The position numbers and the translations under genes were made by a program. This document shows, one piece after another, positions 13,830 through 25,646 of a stretch of DNA of 64,000 nucleotides. The notes beneath the pieces are model-generated. The model was given only the letters and a program-made list of their open reading frames with translations, did not search any database and was not told the origin of the DNA. How positions within the stretch are numbered: the stretch's first letter is position 1; every line of letters starts with the position of its first letter. Origin of the DNA: Lama guanicoe (Eukaryota); contig MU053652.1 of assembly GCA_013239625.1 (NCBI GenBank), positions 7,307,902 to 7,371,901 of the forward strand, read 5' to 3'.

Positions 13830-14147
13830 TTAGAAATACAAACAAAAAGTCATTATCTTATTCTGGAGTTCAGAAGCCTAAAATGATCAGGCAGGGCCTC
13901 TTCCTTGCCTTTTCCAGTTTCTAGAGATCTCCAGCGCTACTCTAACTCAGGGCCTCACTTCACTCAGACCCTCTTACAAGGATCCTTGTGATTTCAAAGG
14001 ACTCACTTGGATAATCCATGATACTCTCCATCTCAAGAACTTCAACTGCGTCACATCTGCACAGTCCTTTTTGCCATGCAACGTTTTCACAGGGATTAGT
14101 GATTAGGATGCGGACATCTTTGGAAGGAGGCCTTCTGCTTTACCACA
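13830..14147 (-). mobile_element. MLT1 (MaLR) LTR fragment
   Basis: ttctggagttcagaagcc, cttccttgcctttt, ggataatccatgatactctccatctcaaga, cacatctgcacagtcctttttgccatg, ggacatctttgg. Confidence 0.75.
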
Positions 14148-14689
14148 GTTGACATTATTTCACATTGTATTTTTGCCTGTCTCTCTAAATGTTCTCTTTT
14201 TTCAAAATTTTATTTCTTCCTCTATCACTTGCTCTTTCTTAAACAATTTGTCTGATATTTGTCTGTTGTATTAGCTATACCCTGACAGCTGTGGTCGGAG
14301 TGTGGGGATTTTATAATATAAAGGCTGGAAAAAGCCTGGGCAGCCATGCTGGAAGTTCTGCTCAAGTTAATCCCCCCCCGCCCCCGTCATTTCCCACGAT
14401 TTCAGCAAATAGAAGTACTTTCATTGTGCTCTGAGTGGTTCTAAAGTAACCCCCAGTAACCCTAGGTAGGATGCCTCCTAACTCCCTAATTCAGTGTGAA
14501 AGGCAATGACGCATCCTGAGCATCCTCATTCAGCGTCCCACTCCCGGAACTGCTCGTTCGCTAAGATGCGAAGACTCTGAGCTTCCTTTCTTTCCCGTCC
14601 TCAGCTCTTGGACATACCTAAGGAGGTGAGGGCCTCACCTTACCACTCCCTCGGGGATCGGGGGCCTGGGAACGCGCATTGGCCACAGA

Positions 14690-16700
14690 GGATCTGAAAC
14701 GAACGCACAGGTCTCTCCCCTTCTCCCCGCAACCCAGCTCTGGGACCGGTCGGGCTGGTTCCGACATCTGGGGAATTAACATGTCCCGCCCATCCCTAGC
14801 CTCGAGCCGCGCAGGCTCCGCGCCTCCGCCCTTGTTCCCTCGCCGCTTCCAGCTCCTGACGAGTGAAAGCCGCTACAAAGGGCTTGAATGAAACGTGTGT
14901 GGTTTTAGTGAGCCGCGAGCCACCAGGCTACCCCGTCTCCCCATAAACCAGCATCTCTCGCAGGAAGCAGAGGAGAGGGAGGAGGCACGGAGCGGAGCGC
15001 TGGCTTTCGCCGGCGCGCACGGCGGCTGGAGTAGCGGGGAGAGGCCGGGCCACCTCCCCCTTCCCGGCCATGCACCGCCTCGCCCGCGGCGGTTCCAGGC
15101 ACCACACTCTCCGCCCAGGCTGCGCCCGCTGTCGCCACAACAACCTCCTGCGGCTGCCGGCACCGTACACGAAGGAAAAGCGCCAGCTCTACCACCCCAC
15201 CCCCACCACCGATCCCCTTCTCCGCGGGGACGCGCCGCCCAGCAGCCCGCGCCGCCCCCTGGTCAACTTTGAGCGAGCGGAGAAACAACTTTGGCAGTGG
15301 CCGCGGGTTTCGAATCCCGCTTCTCCTCGGCCGCAGTAACCTCGCGAGTCGCTGGGGTTAGGTGGGGCAAGGGTTCCCAGGGCATCCGCGCGGTGTCTGG
15401 CGGTTTGCAACCTGTTTCCAGCTAGCGGGAACGGGATTGTGGCTACTAGTCATCTGAAGAAGGGGAACTTGTTTTTCTTTCCCTTGAGCGACCTCGGCTT
15501 GCTACTGGATAAAGCAGTATCGAAAGGATGTAAATAGGCAGAGCAACTGTTACCAAGAAGGCAACCTACCCAAGGCAGGGAGGAGCGTGGGGCTTCGTCC
15601 GGGCTTCTCCCAGTTGCAACATTAATCAACAATCAGGTGTTGGTTGCAAGTTTTCAAGGTCAGCCACCGGGAGCAGCTATTCCCTCTCTGAACCTTGGGG
15701 ATACGCAGCGCTCGGGTTGGATTTGGCTGAGAAATGCACAGGACGCCAAACGAAGAAGGATTGTAGAAGGGGAGAGTTGTGACCCCAAGACCCATCCCCC
15801 AGCCTCCCCGTAATCTTCCGTCCCCCGCTGCCGGGGCGTGGGTTAGTATGTGACATGTGTCTAACTCTCAGCGGCAACTTAGGCAGCAGGTGTCGGTCCT
15901 AAGCAGGAGCCGCGGCTTCCGGGTGCGCCCTCGCCCAGCCATGCGGGCCGCGGGCGCACCTCTCGCCCGCACCTCGCGGCTGCTGCTTTTACTACTGCTC
16001 AAGGTTTCCGCTTCTCCTGCCCTCGGGTCCGCCCCTGCGCCCAGGAACGAAAACTGCCTGGGGAAAAGCTGTTCATCTACACTGATCCAGCGTCGCAGCA
16101 GGGACGCTTGGGGACCGGGAAATTCTGCAGGAGACCTTCTGCCAACCCCTGCGCCCAGGGAGGAGGAGCAGGAGGCAGCGGTGCGCGCGGCGCCCTCATG
16201 GGACCTACCGGCGGCCCGGGGCGGTGACCCAGGTGCAGGCAGAGGGGCAGAGGCGTGGGCAGCGGAGCCCTCGGGACCGCCAGCCAGGCCACCTGGCGCC
16301 TGGAGGTGGAAAGGTGCCCGTAATCAGGAGCCCCCTGAAACTCTGGGTAGAGGGAGCCCCACGGCTCTCCAACTCTTCCTTCACACCTCAGCGGAGAAGG
16401 AGAAGGGTCCCAGAGGCGCTGGCATTTCCGGGCACAGCCAGGAGCAGAGTGTGAGGACAGAAGCCGGAGCCAGCGACCTTTATTACTGGCCAAGGAGAGC
16501 CGGGAAACTCCAGGGTTCCCACCACGACCCCCAATCCAAGATGGTCAATGCACCGTCGGGGCACGAAGGGCGGATGATTGCACCCCCTGGCAGGGCGCTG
16601 GCCCAGAATGGGTCCTCTCTTGAAGAAGTCCACGAACGCGAGGGTCCCCGCCGGGGAAACAGCACGAACCCGCGCTTGCGACTGAAGAACCCCTTCTATC
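14690..16700. promoter_or_regulatory. CpG island covering the GPR37 promoter, 5'UTR and exon 1
   Basis: Abrupt rise in GC and CpG density against AT-rich flanks. GC-box-like motifs (ctccgccc ~14824; ccccgccccc ~14376 just upstream). Boundaries are approximate and the TSS cannot be placed from sequence. Confidence 0.85.
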
Positions 16701-16966
16701 CATTGACCCAGGAGTCCTACGGAGCCTATGCGGTCATGTGTTTATCCGTGGTGATCTTTGGGACCGGCATCATTGGCAACCTGGCGGTGATGTGCATCGT
16801 GTGTCACAACTATTATATGCGGAGTATCTCCAACTCCCTCTTGGCCAACCTGGCCTTCTGGGACTTTCTTATCATCTTCTTCTGCCTTCCCCTCGTCATC
16901 TTTCATGAGCTGACCAAGAAGTGGCTGCTGGAGGACTTCTCCTGCAAGATCGTGCCCTATATAGAG
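15941..16966 (+). CDS. GPR37: GPR37 coding exon 1: signal peptide, long N-terminal ectodomain, TM1-TM2 and start of TM3 (aa 1-342)
   Basis: ATG at 15941 in context cagccATGc. Translation [25 protein letters not shown]...[70 protein letters not shown]...CKIVPYIE is recognisable as GPR37. The exon ends at donor GAG|GTAATG (GT at 16967); 1026 nt, phase 0. Confidence 0.98.
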
Positions 16967-19264
16967 GTAATGACTTCCAGGGGGTCTCAAGCTGCTGGCT
17001 TTCCCATTTCCGGGATTTATAAGCATCAGAACTGCTGCTCCACGCGCCCACATGGCTGCTGAACCCTTTCACTTTTCTCTAGGTCCCTCCTCCCATTTCT
17101 CTTGCCAGTCATTTATATATATTGGCATTTATATATGGGTGCAGGGGTGGACCTGAGCAGTTTTGTCCACTCACCTTCCAACTCATCTGCTCCTGGATTA
17201 TGAAATAATTTAAGATCTCATAATATATAGGATTGTTTAGATTTTAAATTTCTCTCTCTGAATATGGTGTTATATATATTTCTGATTTGGTACCTATTAG
17301 AGATTCTAGGGTTAATAAGTGGCCAGTCCATGATTGTCATTATTAGAACCCAGCAAGGAAAAAAAAAAAAAAACCTGTAACATTTATCTGATGGATTTCT
17401 AGTACTCCAAGATTATTACTTTTTTCCCCTTAAATATCAAAATTGGAGTAATATTCTGTTTAATTGAGGAAATCTACCTTTCCATGTTTGCCACTTGGCC
17501 TCGAGATGTATTAGTAACCTCCAAAATTAGTTGTGTCTTTGGCTGCCTGCCACACTATCCCATCTAAATTCTTATGTCATCTCTGTTTCTCTCTGTTTTT
17601 TTTCTTCTCAATTTTGTAACAATTTTATTTATTTTGTATGAATGAGCTTAAGCAAAAATAACACTTTGTACATCATAGCACATAATTTAACATTCTTGAA
17701 GTATGTAATATGTATTTGTCATTTGTTAGGGTAGAAGAGGTCGGCTATTTTAAGGGGTTGACTCTAAGACTAGAAAATTTCTTAAGATGAAAAGGGCATA
17801 TAATAGTTTCCAAACTTAGGAAATGAAAATCTTTTTGAGTAAAATTTTGCTGTTACGTACTACAGCTAGTGTCCTTACCATTATTGTGGTAGTTGGAATT
17901 TGCTCTTTAAATGGCCTCTCTTTAAACACCAGCTCTTGGAAGGAGCCCAAGTGCTTTGTTGCCAGTTGTGTTTTTAGCCAGCTGGCCCTTGATTTCCTCC
18001 ATTCAGACTGCCCATTTCATTTATGGAAGCAGAAGAAGGGAAACTGTAAATATCCCAGAGCCCCTGATCCTGTCTGGCACCAGGGCCAGTGACACTATGT
18101 TCAACATTGTTCCAGGGCCTAAAGCTAGGAAATGAGTAAACAGCAAATAGTACCTGCTTAGAAAGACCAAGGCAAGAGACAGCAAGTAAGACCCTCTGTT
18201 TTCCTGGCAGGGATCAGATGCAGGATCATTCCATGCTTACTAAATCAGCTGTTGCTACTTTACCAAGATTTAGGATTTCTCTTCTAGCCAAGCTCCAAGT
18301 AGCTCTGAAACATCCAATTTATTTGGTAGACAGTTCACTTTTGAATTGCAGAGAAGGTAGCTGAATTTATGGAAAAAATATCTACCTACCAGTTGCCTTT
18401 TCAAGGTCAATTTCAATTCAAGATTTCTCTGATTGAATAAAGGAGAAGAAATTGACATATGCAAGAAAGAGACAAAAATAAACTATAAAGTGAACAGGAG
18501 AGTTACCTTCAATTAGAGGGAAGCATATTGGCTTGTCTTAAATATACTGGACAGGATGAAACCTTCGTCCCTTAGAGGGAAAAACAAGAAAGGGGGCAGA
18601 AGAAAGAAACTGGGGAAAGAAAAAAATTACCAAAGTTCTTGAAAAACTACTCTAAGAGAATCCCATTCAAAATTGGAAAAGAATCCAAAAACTTGGGTTA
18701 GTTTAATGAGACTTAGGAGCTTTGAGTGATGGTATTTATTATGTATGTGTTTTAATTTTCTTCTTAATTCTGAGGATTTAAAAACGTACACTTTCTTTCA
18801 TTTGTATTTCATTTTTAAATTTAATTATCAGTTCCTTAAGAATATTTTGTTTTACCTCTTATTATTACTAAAATGATTATTTTTTTACTCTTTGTGTTTT
18901 CCCCTTTATAACTCTTTCTGTTTTTTAGTTATTGGTACGAGGCTTCTTTTCCCTAGAGAAGGCTTGGAAACAAAGATTCACTCATTTTTTTTTTTTTTTG
19001 CTTGAAAAATTAGACTATCATATATGTTTTTTACTGTTAGAATAATGAGTAAAAACCTTAGGATTTAGTGTTTCTATATTCATACTTAATCCTATTCTTC
19101 TGAAATAATTTAATAATGTTTCAGCAGGCTCTGTGAAAATGATTGTGGACAGTAGTACCAGCTCCATACTTCCTGACTGTGAGAGCTGGAAATACAGTTC
19201 AAATCTCAAAATTTCTGCCTCCAGGAGGCACTGCTGTTTTCACAGAAGTAAGGTGAATCTAATG

Positions 19265-19716
19265 CCTATTCCGTGTTGGGTTTCTGGAAAAAAAGATGCT
19301 AATGTGGAGATTTGCTTCAGGAAGTTTATTGGGGTGTGAGCTCAGGTTTAACACCTGTTAGGGAATGAGGGATGCAGGACTGGGCAGAGGGAGGAGTTGA
19401 ACTGTGATGCAGATGCTACAGGACCTCAGCTGACACCACAGGGAGCTCTGGAGCTGGAGTGGTCCTACAAGGATGCCTGAATGGAGCAAGAGGGCCTCGC
19501 CTCTATATCCCCTAACCCACCCATCCTTGGATGCTCCGAGGAAGGGGACATAACCTTGAGCTAGGTGGAGCTCTTTGCTCAAGGGCAATTCCTAGAGAGG
19601 GATGCAGCTAGGAGCCATCAACCACCGATAGTCCCAGCAGCTGGAAGAATCGGTATTTCATTCGTAAAGGGCTTTAGGGAGGAGGCAATCTGGGTGGGGA
19701 ACCGCAGCATCCACTA
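19265..19716 (-). mobile_element. LTR16-type ERVL LTR
   Basis: The reverse complement begins tagtggatgctgcgg and contains cagctgctggga, ggaattgccctt and aaggttatgtcccc, as in recalled LTR16A. Minus-strand AATAAA at ~19325. Confidence 0.7.
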
Positions 19717-22568
19717 TGGGGGCTTTTGAATTGTGTTACATTAGAACCAGGTGGCATTCTAACCCAGCTCTCTCACTTTAAAGATGAAACTTGATGCTCA
19801 GAGAAGAGAAATTACCATCCTAAGCGTACACATCTAGTCAATGGCAACCAGACCCTTAGTCTCAACCCTTGATGTTGACGTCTGCTTATTAGGCGCACAT
19901 CTATGAGGCAAAACAATGTCCGATCAGTGTTTTCTTTTTCTTTCTGCTCCTTGGCATCTTTTAAGAAGATTTTTATATCCACCAGACAGGAGAAAATAAG
20001 AAGCCCAGTTAACACCATTTGTTATATGATAAAATTTATAACTTCTTACAGTCTTAAATTTCATCTTGTTTCCCATAAGTTGACAGTAAATTCCACAGCT
20101 GGTAGCTCATTAAATTAAAAAAAATGCAATAATGTGGGGCAACTGCCCTTTTTAATGTGCCAAACATGACTATTTTAATGAAAATAAAGTCATTTGGGTT
20201 ATATTTCATGCTCTTAAAATTACAAAGTGTTTTATATTGGGGAGGACAATCCAAATGTATTATATCTTTGAAAACTTTCTCTTCAATTTGCCTTCATTCC
20301 AAATCTCTATCTTCTTGACCAGACTTCTGAAAATTATTTGACATTTTGTCTCCCTTTACTTTTGCCTTTTCTCTAATTTTTAGCCTCCTGTATTTTATTT
20401 GTTGGCTATCCTTCCTTCCACACACCCTCCTACTGATTTATAGTTCGATTTATAATAGATTTATAATTATAATAATTGAATTATATTCAATTTATAATTT
20501 ACCACTTTTCTTGTCATCTTTTTTGCTTTTTTCAATGTCTTTTAAAAAAATTTTTTCTTATTTAAAAATTTTATTCACAATTGATTTTTATTGATCTTTA
20601 CAAAGTTTCCCTCCCACTTCTCTTTTGCCTTCTTTTCCTTTCCAACCCCAGTTCTTTTTTCTACAGCTTGAATTGGAGCATAATCTTAAGGAGATAGTAG
20701 AATTTCGGGGAGAGTTGAGTTCAGTGTATGGTGAAGTTTACTGAATTTGTGAAAAAATAGAAGGTGTTTCTTCAGCAGAAATTATGGATCTTTGCAAACT
20801 GCTTTCAGCTCTTCTTTTTAATTTCAGTTTATTGACATCAGGTTTAAGGAGAATACCCAGCTTCCAGAGTCTACCTCTAGAAAGGGAGTTTTATTATATT
20901 TAATATTGCTGGGAGTGGGGACATAGTGGGAACTCTTGTAGTTGATAATTTCTTTCTTTCTATTCCAGGAGTATGGTGTCTCTGTGGCCTAGTGATAAGT
21001 CCCCTAAGGACCAAGAGCAGATGGACTGGTAGGAAAGGGGGATAGGAGAGAAGGAAATCTGGGTGGTTGGTGGCCATCCTAACAGACACATCACTTATAC
21101 ACTGGTTTCTCAGATAGTCACCAGAAAACACTATACCAAAAGAATCAATTGTATGTGGAGGGAGCGTCTATGTGTGGGCTGGATATGGAGGTCGGGGATT
21201 CAGTAGGAGAATGGCAGAGGACCCTACCACGCAGTTCCCGTATGGTTCCAACAGATGGTTAAAGCCAAGTAACTCGGGCATTGAACATGGCAACTGGAAC
21301 AGCTCTTTGCTCATGAATTATGGAAGCCAACCAGAGTCAGTTTCTCATCAGATCCAGATTAACTGCTAAACATTTCTTTCTGTTGGAATATTTATTGAAG
21401 TTTTGATATATAGGCTTCTCCTTAGTTTAAAGAACTCATAACTTCATGGTGTGTGGTAGGCAAGAAGGCTTCAAATAGTTCTAAGCTAATCAGCTCTAAC
21501 TGTATTTTTTTTTTTCTGGGATACAAGATTCCTGCATGAGGATGGAGGGTGGATAAAGGAGTGCATCCCACCAGGGCCTCTGGCCCAGGGATGATTTGTG
21601 AATGGTCTAGAACCTTTTGTGATGAAAAGAGCCACATTCTTCAATGGCTTCAGTAATACTAATTTTAAACTCAGGGAAGCAAATGGCTTTTTCATTGCCT
21701 CCTAGTGTAGTTGGCACTGACAGGTACAGAAAGACGGTAATGAAGCCGAAGATGATATTAGCATAGAGGCATGCGACTCTACACAGTTTCCCCCAAAACT
21801 CCTACATTCAATTACTAGCACATTTGTCACAGCAGGTAGTAAATTTGCCTGAGTGATCGATCAGCCATTAGATATTCTGATGGGCTTTTAAGTCAAAACA
21901 TACAGTTTTGTGAGCAGTTTGATAGTTACTGATAATATTCTTAGGGAAAATAGACACACTGTATGACAATGGTGCTTAACAAAGTTTTTTGACTTCCTAT
22001 TAATCCCTTTATAATAATTTTCCCATTACCGCACAAGTGAAAATATTCAGCCAGTAACTCCAGCAGAAAAGAAAAAAAGGTATGGACTGTGCTCGTATGT
22101 ATAAACTCTATTCATGAACAGTGTATGGTGAAGTTTACTGAATTTGGGTGCCACAGGAGAAATAAAAGCTTTATGATATTCAAATACGAAATTCTAAAAA
22201 TTTTCTTAACCATTGATTGTAATAAGAATGTCATCCTCTTTTAAAGCTTGTCAATGAAGTATAAACAGGAGCATGGATTTTTCTTTACTTGTCTTCTAGA
22301 GATATTAGCTGGCATTCAGCTTTTAAGGATTATGCATAAAAAAGCAGCACCCAATAACCGAGTAATTCATTATTTTCTATAATCCTTTTCCATATATGTC
22401 ATCATTCATTCATTTATTCACTATCCACTCATTTATCAGACATTTATTGGGCTTTTATTTTATGCTGGATGCTATGTTAGGAGGGAACAGGAGTGGAAAG
22501 AGGAGGGGGAGAGGGGAAAAAGTTTCCAGAGATGGATAATGCAGATTCGTTACTGCTGTTGAAGTTAT

Positions 22569-22839
22569 GATGTGGAGAAATAGGAGCCCTCCTACTTGGG
22601 AATGTTGGGAATGTAATTTGGTGCAGCCCCTATGGAAAACAGTATGGAGATTCCTTAAAAAACAAAAATAGAGTTACCATATGGTCAGCAATCCCACTCC
22701 TGGGCATATATCTGGAGGGAGCTTTAACTTGAAAAGTTACGTGCACCCTAATGTTGATAGCAGCACTATTTACAATAGCCAAGACATGGAAACAACCTAA
22801 ATGCCCATTGACAGATGACTGGATAAAGAAGTTGTGGTA
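22569..22839 (+). mobile_element. Internal L1 fragment (end of ORF2), no poly(A) tail
   Basis: gatgtggagaaatagga...ggaaaacagtatggagattcctt...cagcaatcccactcctgggcatatatc...gcactatttacaatagccaagacatggaaacaacctaaatg. Flanked by aagttat on both sides. Confidence 0.85.
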
Positions 22840-24234
22840 AAGTTATAGGCAGGTAAAACCACATTCTACAGTCTGGTGAATACTGTACTAGACATTTATA
22901 CAAGGTCTTACGGAAGTTCAGGAATGGCCCTGGAATGGGTCAGCTCACAATTATACTTAGTTATGACCCAAGATGGCAAAATTCAAGTGAAAACTATGTT
23001 CCCTCCCCTTCTTTTTCAATCATATTCTTATAATTAGTTTATTTTTTTATATAATTAGTTTTTATAAATGTCATACAATCTAGAGACATACTGAAAAGTT
23101 GTAACTGTGAATATCTTTTAATTCTTGCTTTCTTGCTTTCTTGTTTTCTCAATTTTTCCTGGGATAGGAGGCCAATAAGATAATTTGACAGATAGGACAG
23201 TACTAGAAATTTCATTTAGAATACAGAATTATCAAAATACTATTAAGTATTAAATTATTATTTAGGATACAATGCCTGAGATAACCATTTCTGCTTTGGA
23301 ATTATTAGTCATAAGGACATTAAGTAAATCAAATTTTAAAATTGTACTTAAATGAATGGTTTATTTAGCAATGTACTAGCAGTATATTAAATTGAGTCCT
23401 TTTCTTCCCCAAGTCTCAAAAACATACCTGTTATTTAATTTGATCTTAGAGAACCTAGGAGGAAAGACTGACAAGGGCCATACTTGAGACCCTGTTTAGA
23501 GTCAGGCAAAGGGAAGCATAAAGAAAGACTTCCCTGAGAATTGGATTAATCTCCCAAGCCCACAGTCAGAGAGAAGACTCACCCTCACTTCCTGAGGGCT
23601 GCCAAGATATCAAAGTACTCAAGGTTATATCAACAAAACATCCTTAAACAGCAAGAAAGAAATACTTCTGTATGAGCAAAATAAACCTGAGTTTATGAGT
23701 CTACTGAAGGCTGTGGAGGTGAGGATCCACTTTACCCTTCACCCTTATACTGAATGGGCTTTGACAGAACAATCCTACCTTTAATAGCTTTAAAAGTATC
23801 CCACTGGAAGCACAGGTATCTGAGTTTGGGATGTGGACCATGTGGGGAGTAAGATGGACAAGTGCCTATCTGTCCATCTTTGCCTCTGACACTGCACTTC
23901 TGCTCCCGTCCTCTGGGGATCCTTTGTCATTATTTTTACCAAGAATTGACCTGCCAAGGTCCCATAATTAACTCAACCTTGTTGCCAAGACTAACTCTTA
24001 AGTATCCTTATGAAAATGGTATTCTTTGTGCCAGAAGAGATGATCTCATCTGAAATTTCAAGGTGGAGTGGAGAATGGAATTGCTACACCCTCAGATATG
24101 GGGTCTTTTTATTTGTGAAGTAGGTAGAGAGACTTTCCATAAAACTCCATAAAAAAGGATATAATCACAGTTCCAGACTTATTCTTGAGACAGAATACTT
24201 TCAGTCTGTGAATTTATGTTAGTGTTCAGTGTCA

Positions 24235-24340
24235 TCTGTCAGCACACTTGAATGGTTCATAGCGTTAATGAGGCCAAGGTTGCTGATTTGATCCTGGCCT
24301 GGAATGAGTCATTTCCATTAGGTCTATGACTGTACTCAAG
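24235..24340 (+). mobile_element. Ancient tRNA-derived SINE relic (MamSINE1-like)
   Basis: taatgaggccaaggttgctgatttgatcc resembles a tRNA-Ile-like SINE head with a decayed B-box. Confidence 0.45.
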
Positions 24341-25155
24341 GCTGCCATTTTTCACTCCATCCTCATCACTCCCTGTCTTCTGGGACTTTCCTCCTACCTC
24401 CACTGTCTTCTCCTTGGTTCAAATTTCTCTTGTATATGAAAAGTGTCTATTAATTAATTCACAATAAGATGTGAGATTTAGAGATAACATGCTTTTCATA
24501 AGAGGGATGAATAAAGAAGGAGTACTTCCTTAACCTACCACCAAGAGTAGAATTTGGTTAAAAGTAGAGAAATTTTGTCTTAAAATGTGGTTTCTCAATG
24601 TCATTCAAATCATAATTACTCAACCACAAACGGATGAGGCCATCTCTGATTTTGTTTTTAGTTTAGGTCATGCAAATCAATGTCATGAGTCACAAGGAAG
24701 AATAAGTGAAAATTTGTTACTGTTCTTTGGAAAGTCACCAGAACCCCTAGGTGAAAATCAGGAAGTCCAATTCATTTTAAGATTGATTTGAAACATCCTA
24801 ATAATACCAAGGATTGAAAACTGAACTTCAAGCCTGGGGGAGCTATTACATTTCTAAAAGAATTTCTAATTATTGAGAATAAATATGGAATATATAAATT
24901 CCTTAAGACCTGTTGATCCCAATAGTGGCTTCCATTTTAGAACAAATGACGTTAATCTTTCCTCATTTGCATTTTTTATACTCATGAGCATTGACACATT
25001 TATAATTAAATTATAACGTTTTAGATAAATTGTAGTAAAATGATTTTTTTTTTTTTGACTGCAAAGGAATGTACTGTGCTACGGAAGTCAGAGGTTGCAG
25101 TTGGTAGGAATGTCAAGGTGAAACTATAAAGATAAAGAAAGATTTATAGGATCAG

Positions 25156-25646
25156 GACAATTTGGGGAATGATATGTTAGCTTTATTAGTCTCCATTGTT
25201 TTTAAAATAAGTAAGAGCTTGTTACCAAGTTTTAAAAAGAAGGAGGAAAGAAGAGAATGAGGCAATAATGACAGTTGATATCTTCAATTTTTTTTTTCCG
25301 GTGACATTGAAAATCATGTATAGAGGAAATAGGCTGCGTATAATTGAAATAAATGAATATTTATAATACGTGGGTGTAGCGGGTTAAAGCTCAGTGATAA
25401 GACAATTTGGGGAATGATATGTTAGCTTTTAAATAGTCTCCATTGTTTTTAAAATAAGTAAGAGCTTGTTACCAAGTTTTGAAAACAAGGAGGAAAGAAG
25501 AGAATGAGGCAATAATGACAGTTGATATCTTCAAATTTTTTTTTCCGGTGACATTGGAAATCATGTATAGAGGAAATAGGCTGCGTATAATTGAGATAAA
25601 TGAATATTTATAATACGTGGGTGTAGCGGGTTAAAGCTCAGTGATA
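25156..25646. repeat. Two-copy tandem duplication, ~245-bp unit
   Basis: Copies at 25156-25399 and 25401-25646 both run gacaatttggggaatg...ttaaagctcagtgata, with only a handful of differences. Confidence 0.95.

Noticed and set aside
14679..15410. Several overlapping Pro/Arg/Gly-rich ORFs on both strands
   Set aside because: Expected stop-codon depletion in a CpG island; no recognisable protein.
15857..15940. 28-aa N-terminal extension of GPR37 from GTG 15857 in the ORF track
   Set aside because: Non-ATG start. ATG 15941 has good context and begins a typical signal peptide matching the known N-terminus.
16967..17062. Read-through of the exon 1 ORF into the intron (VMTSRGSQ...HGC)
   Set aside because: It lies after a canonical splice donor. 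Nothing supports an intron-retained isoform.
20440..20500. AT-rich quasi-palindrome (aattgaat-tat-attcaatt)
   Set aside because: Low-complexity AT sequence readily yields such short inverted repeats.
25156..25646. CRISPR-like or other prokaryotic repeat array
   Set aside because: Two long tandem copies with no spacers, in mammalian intronic DNA. No cas or prokaryotic genes appear in the window.
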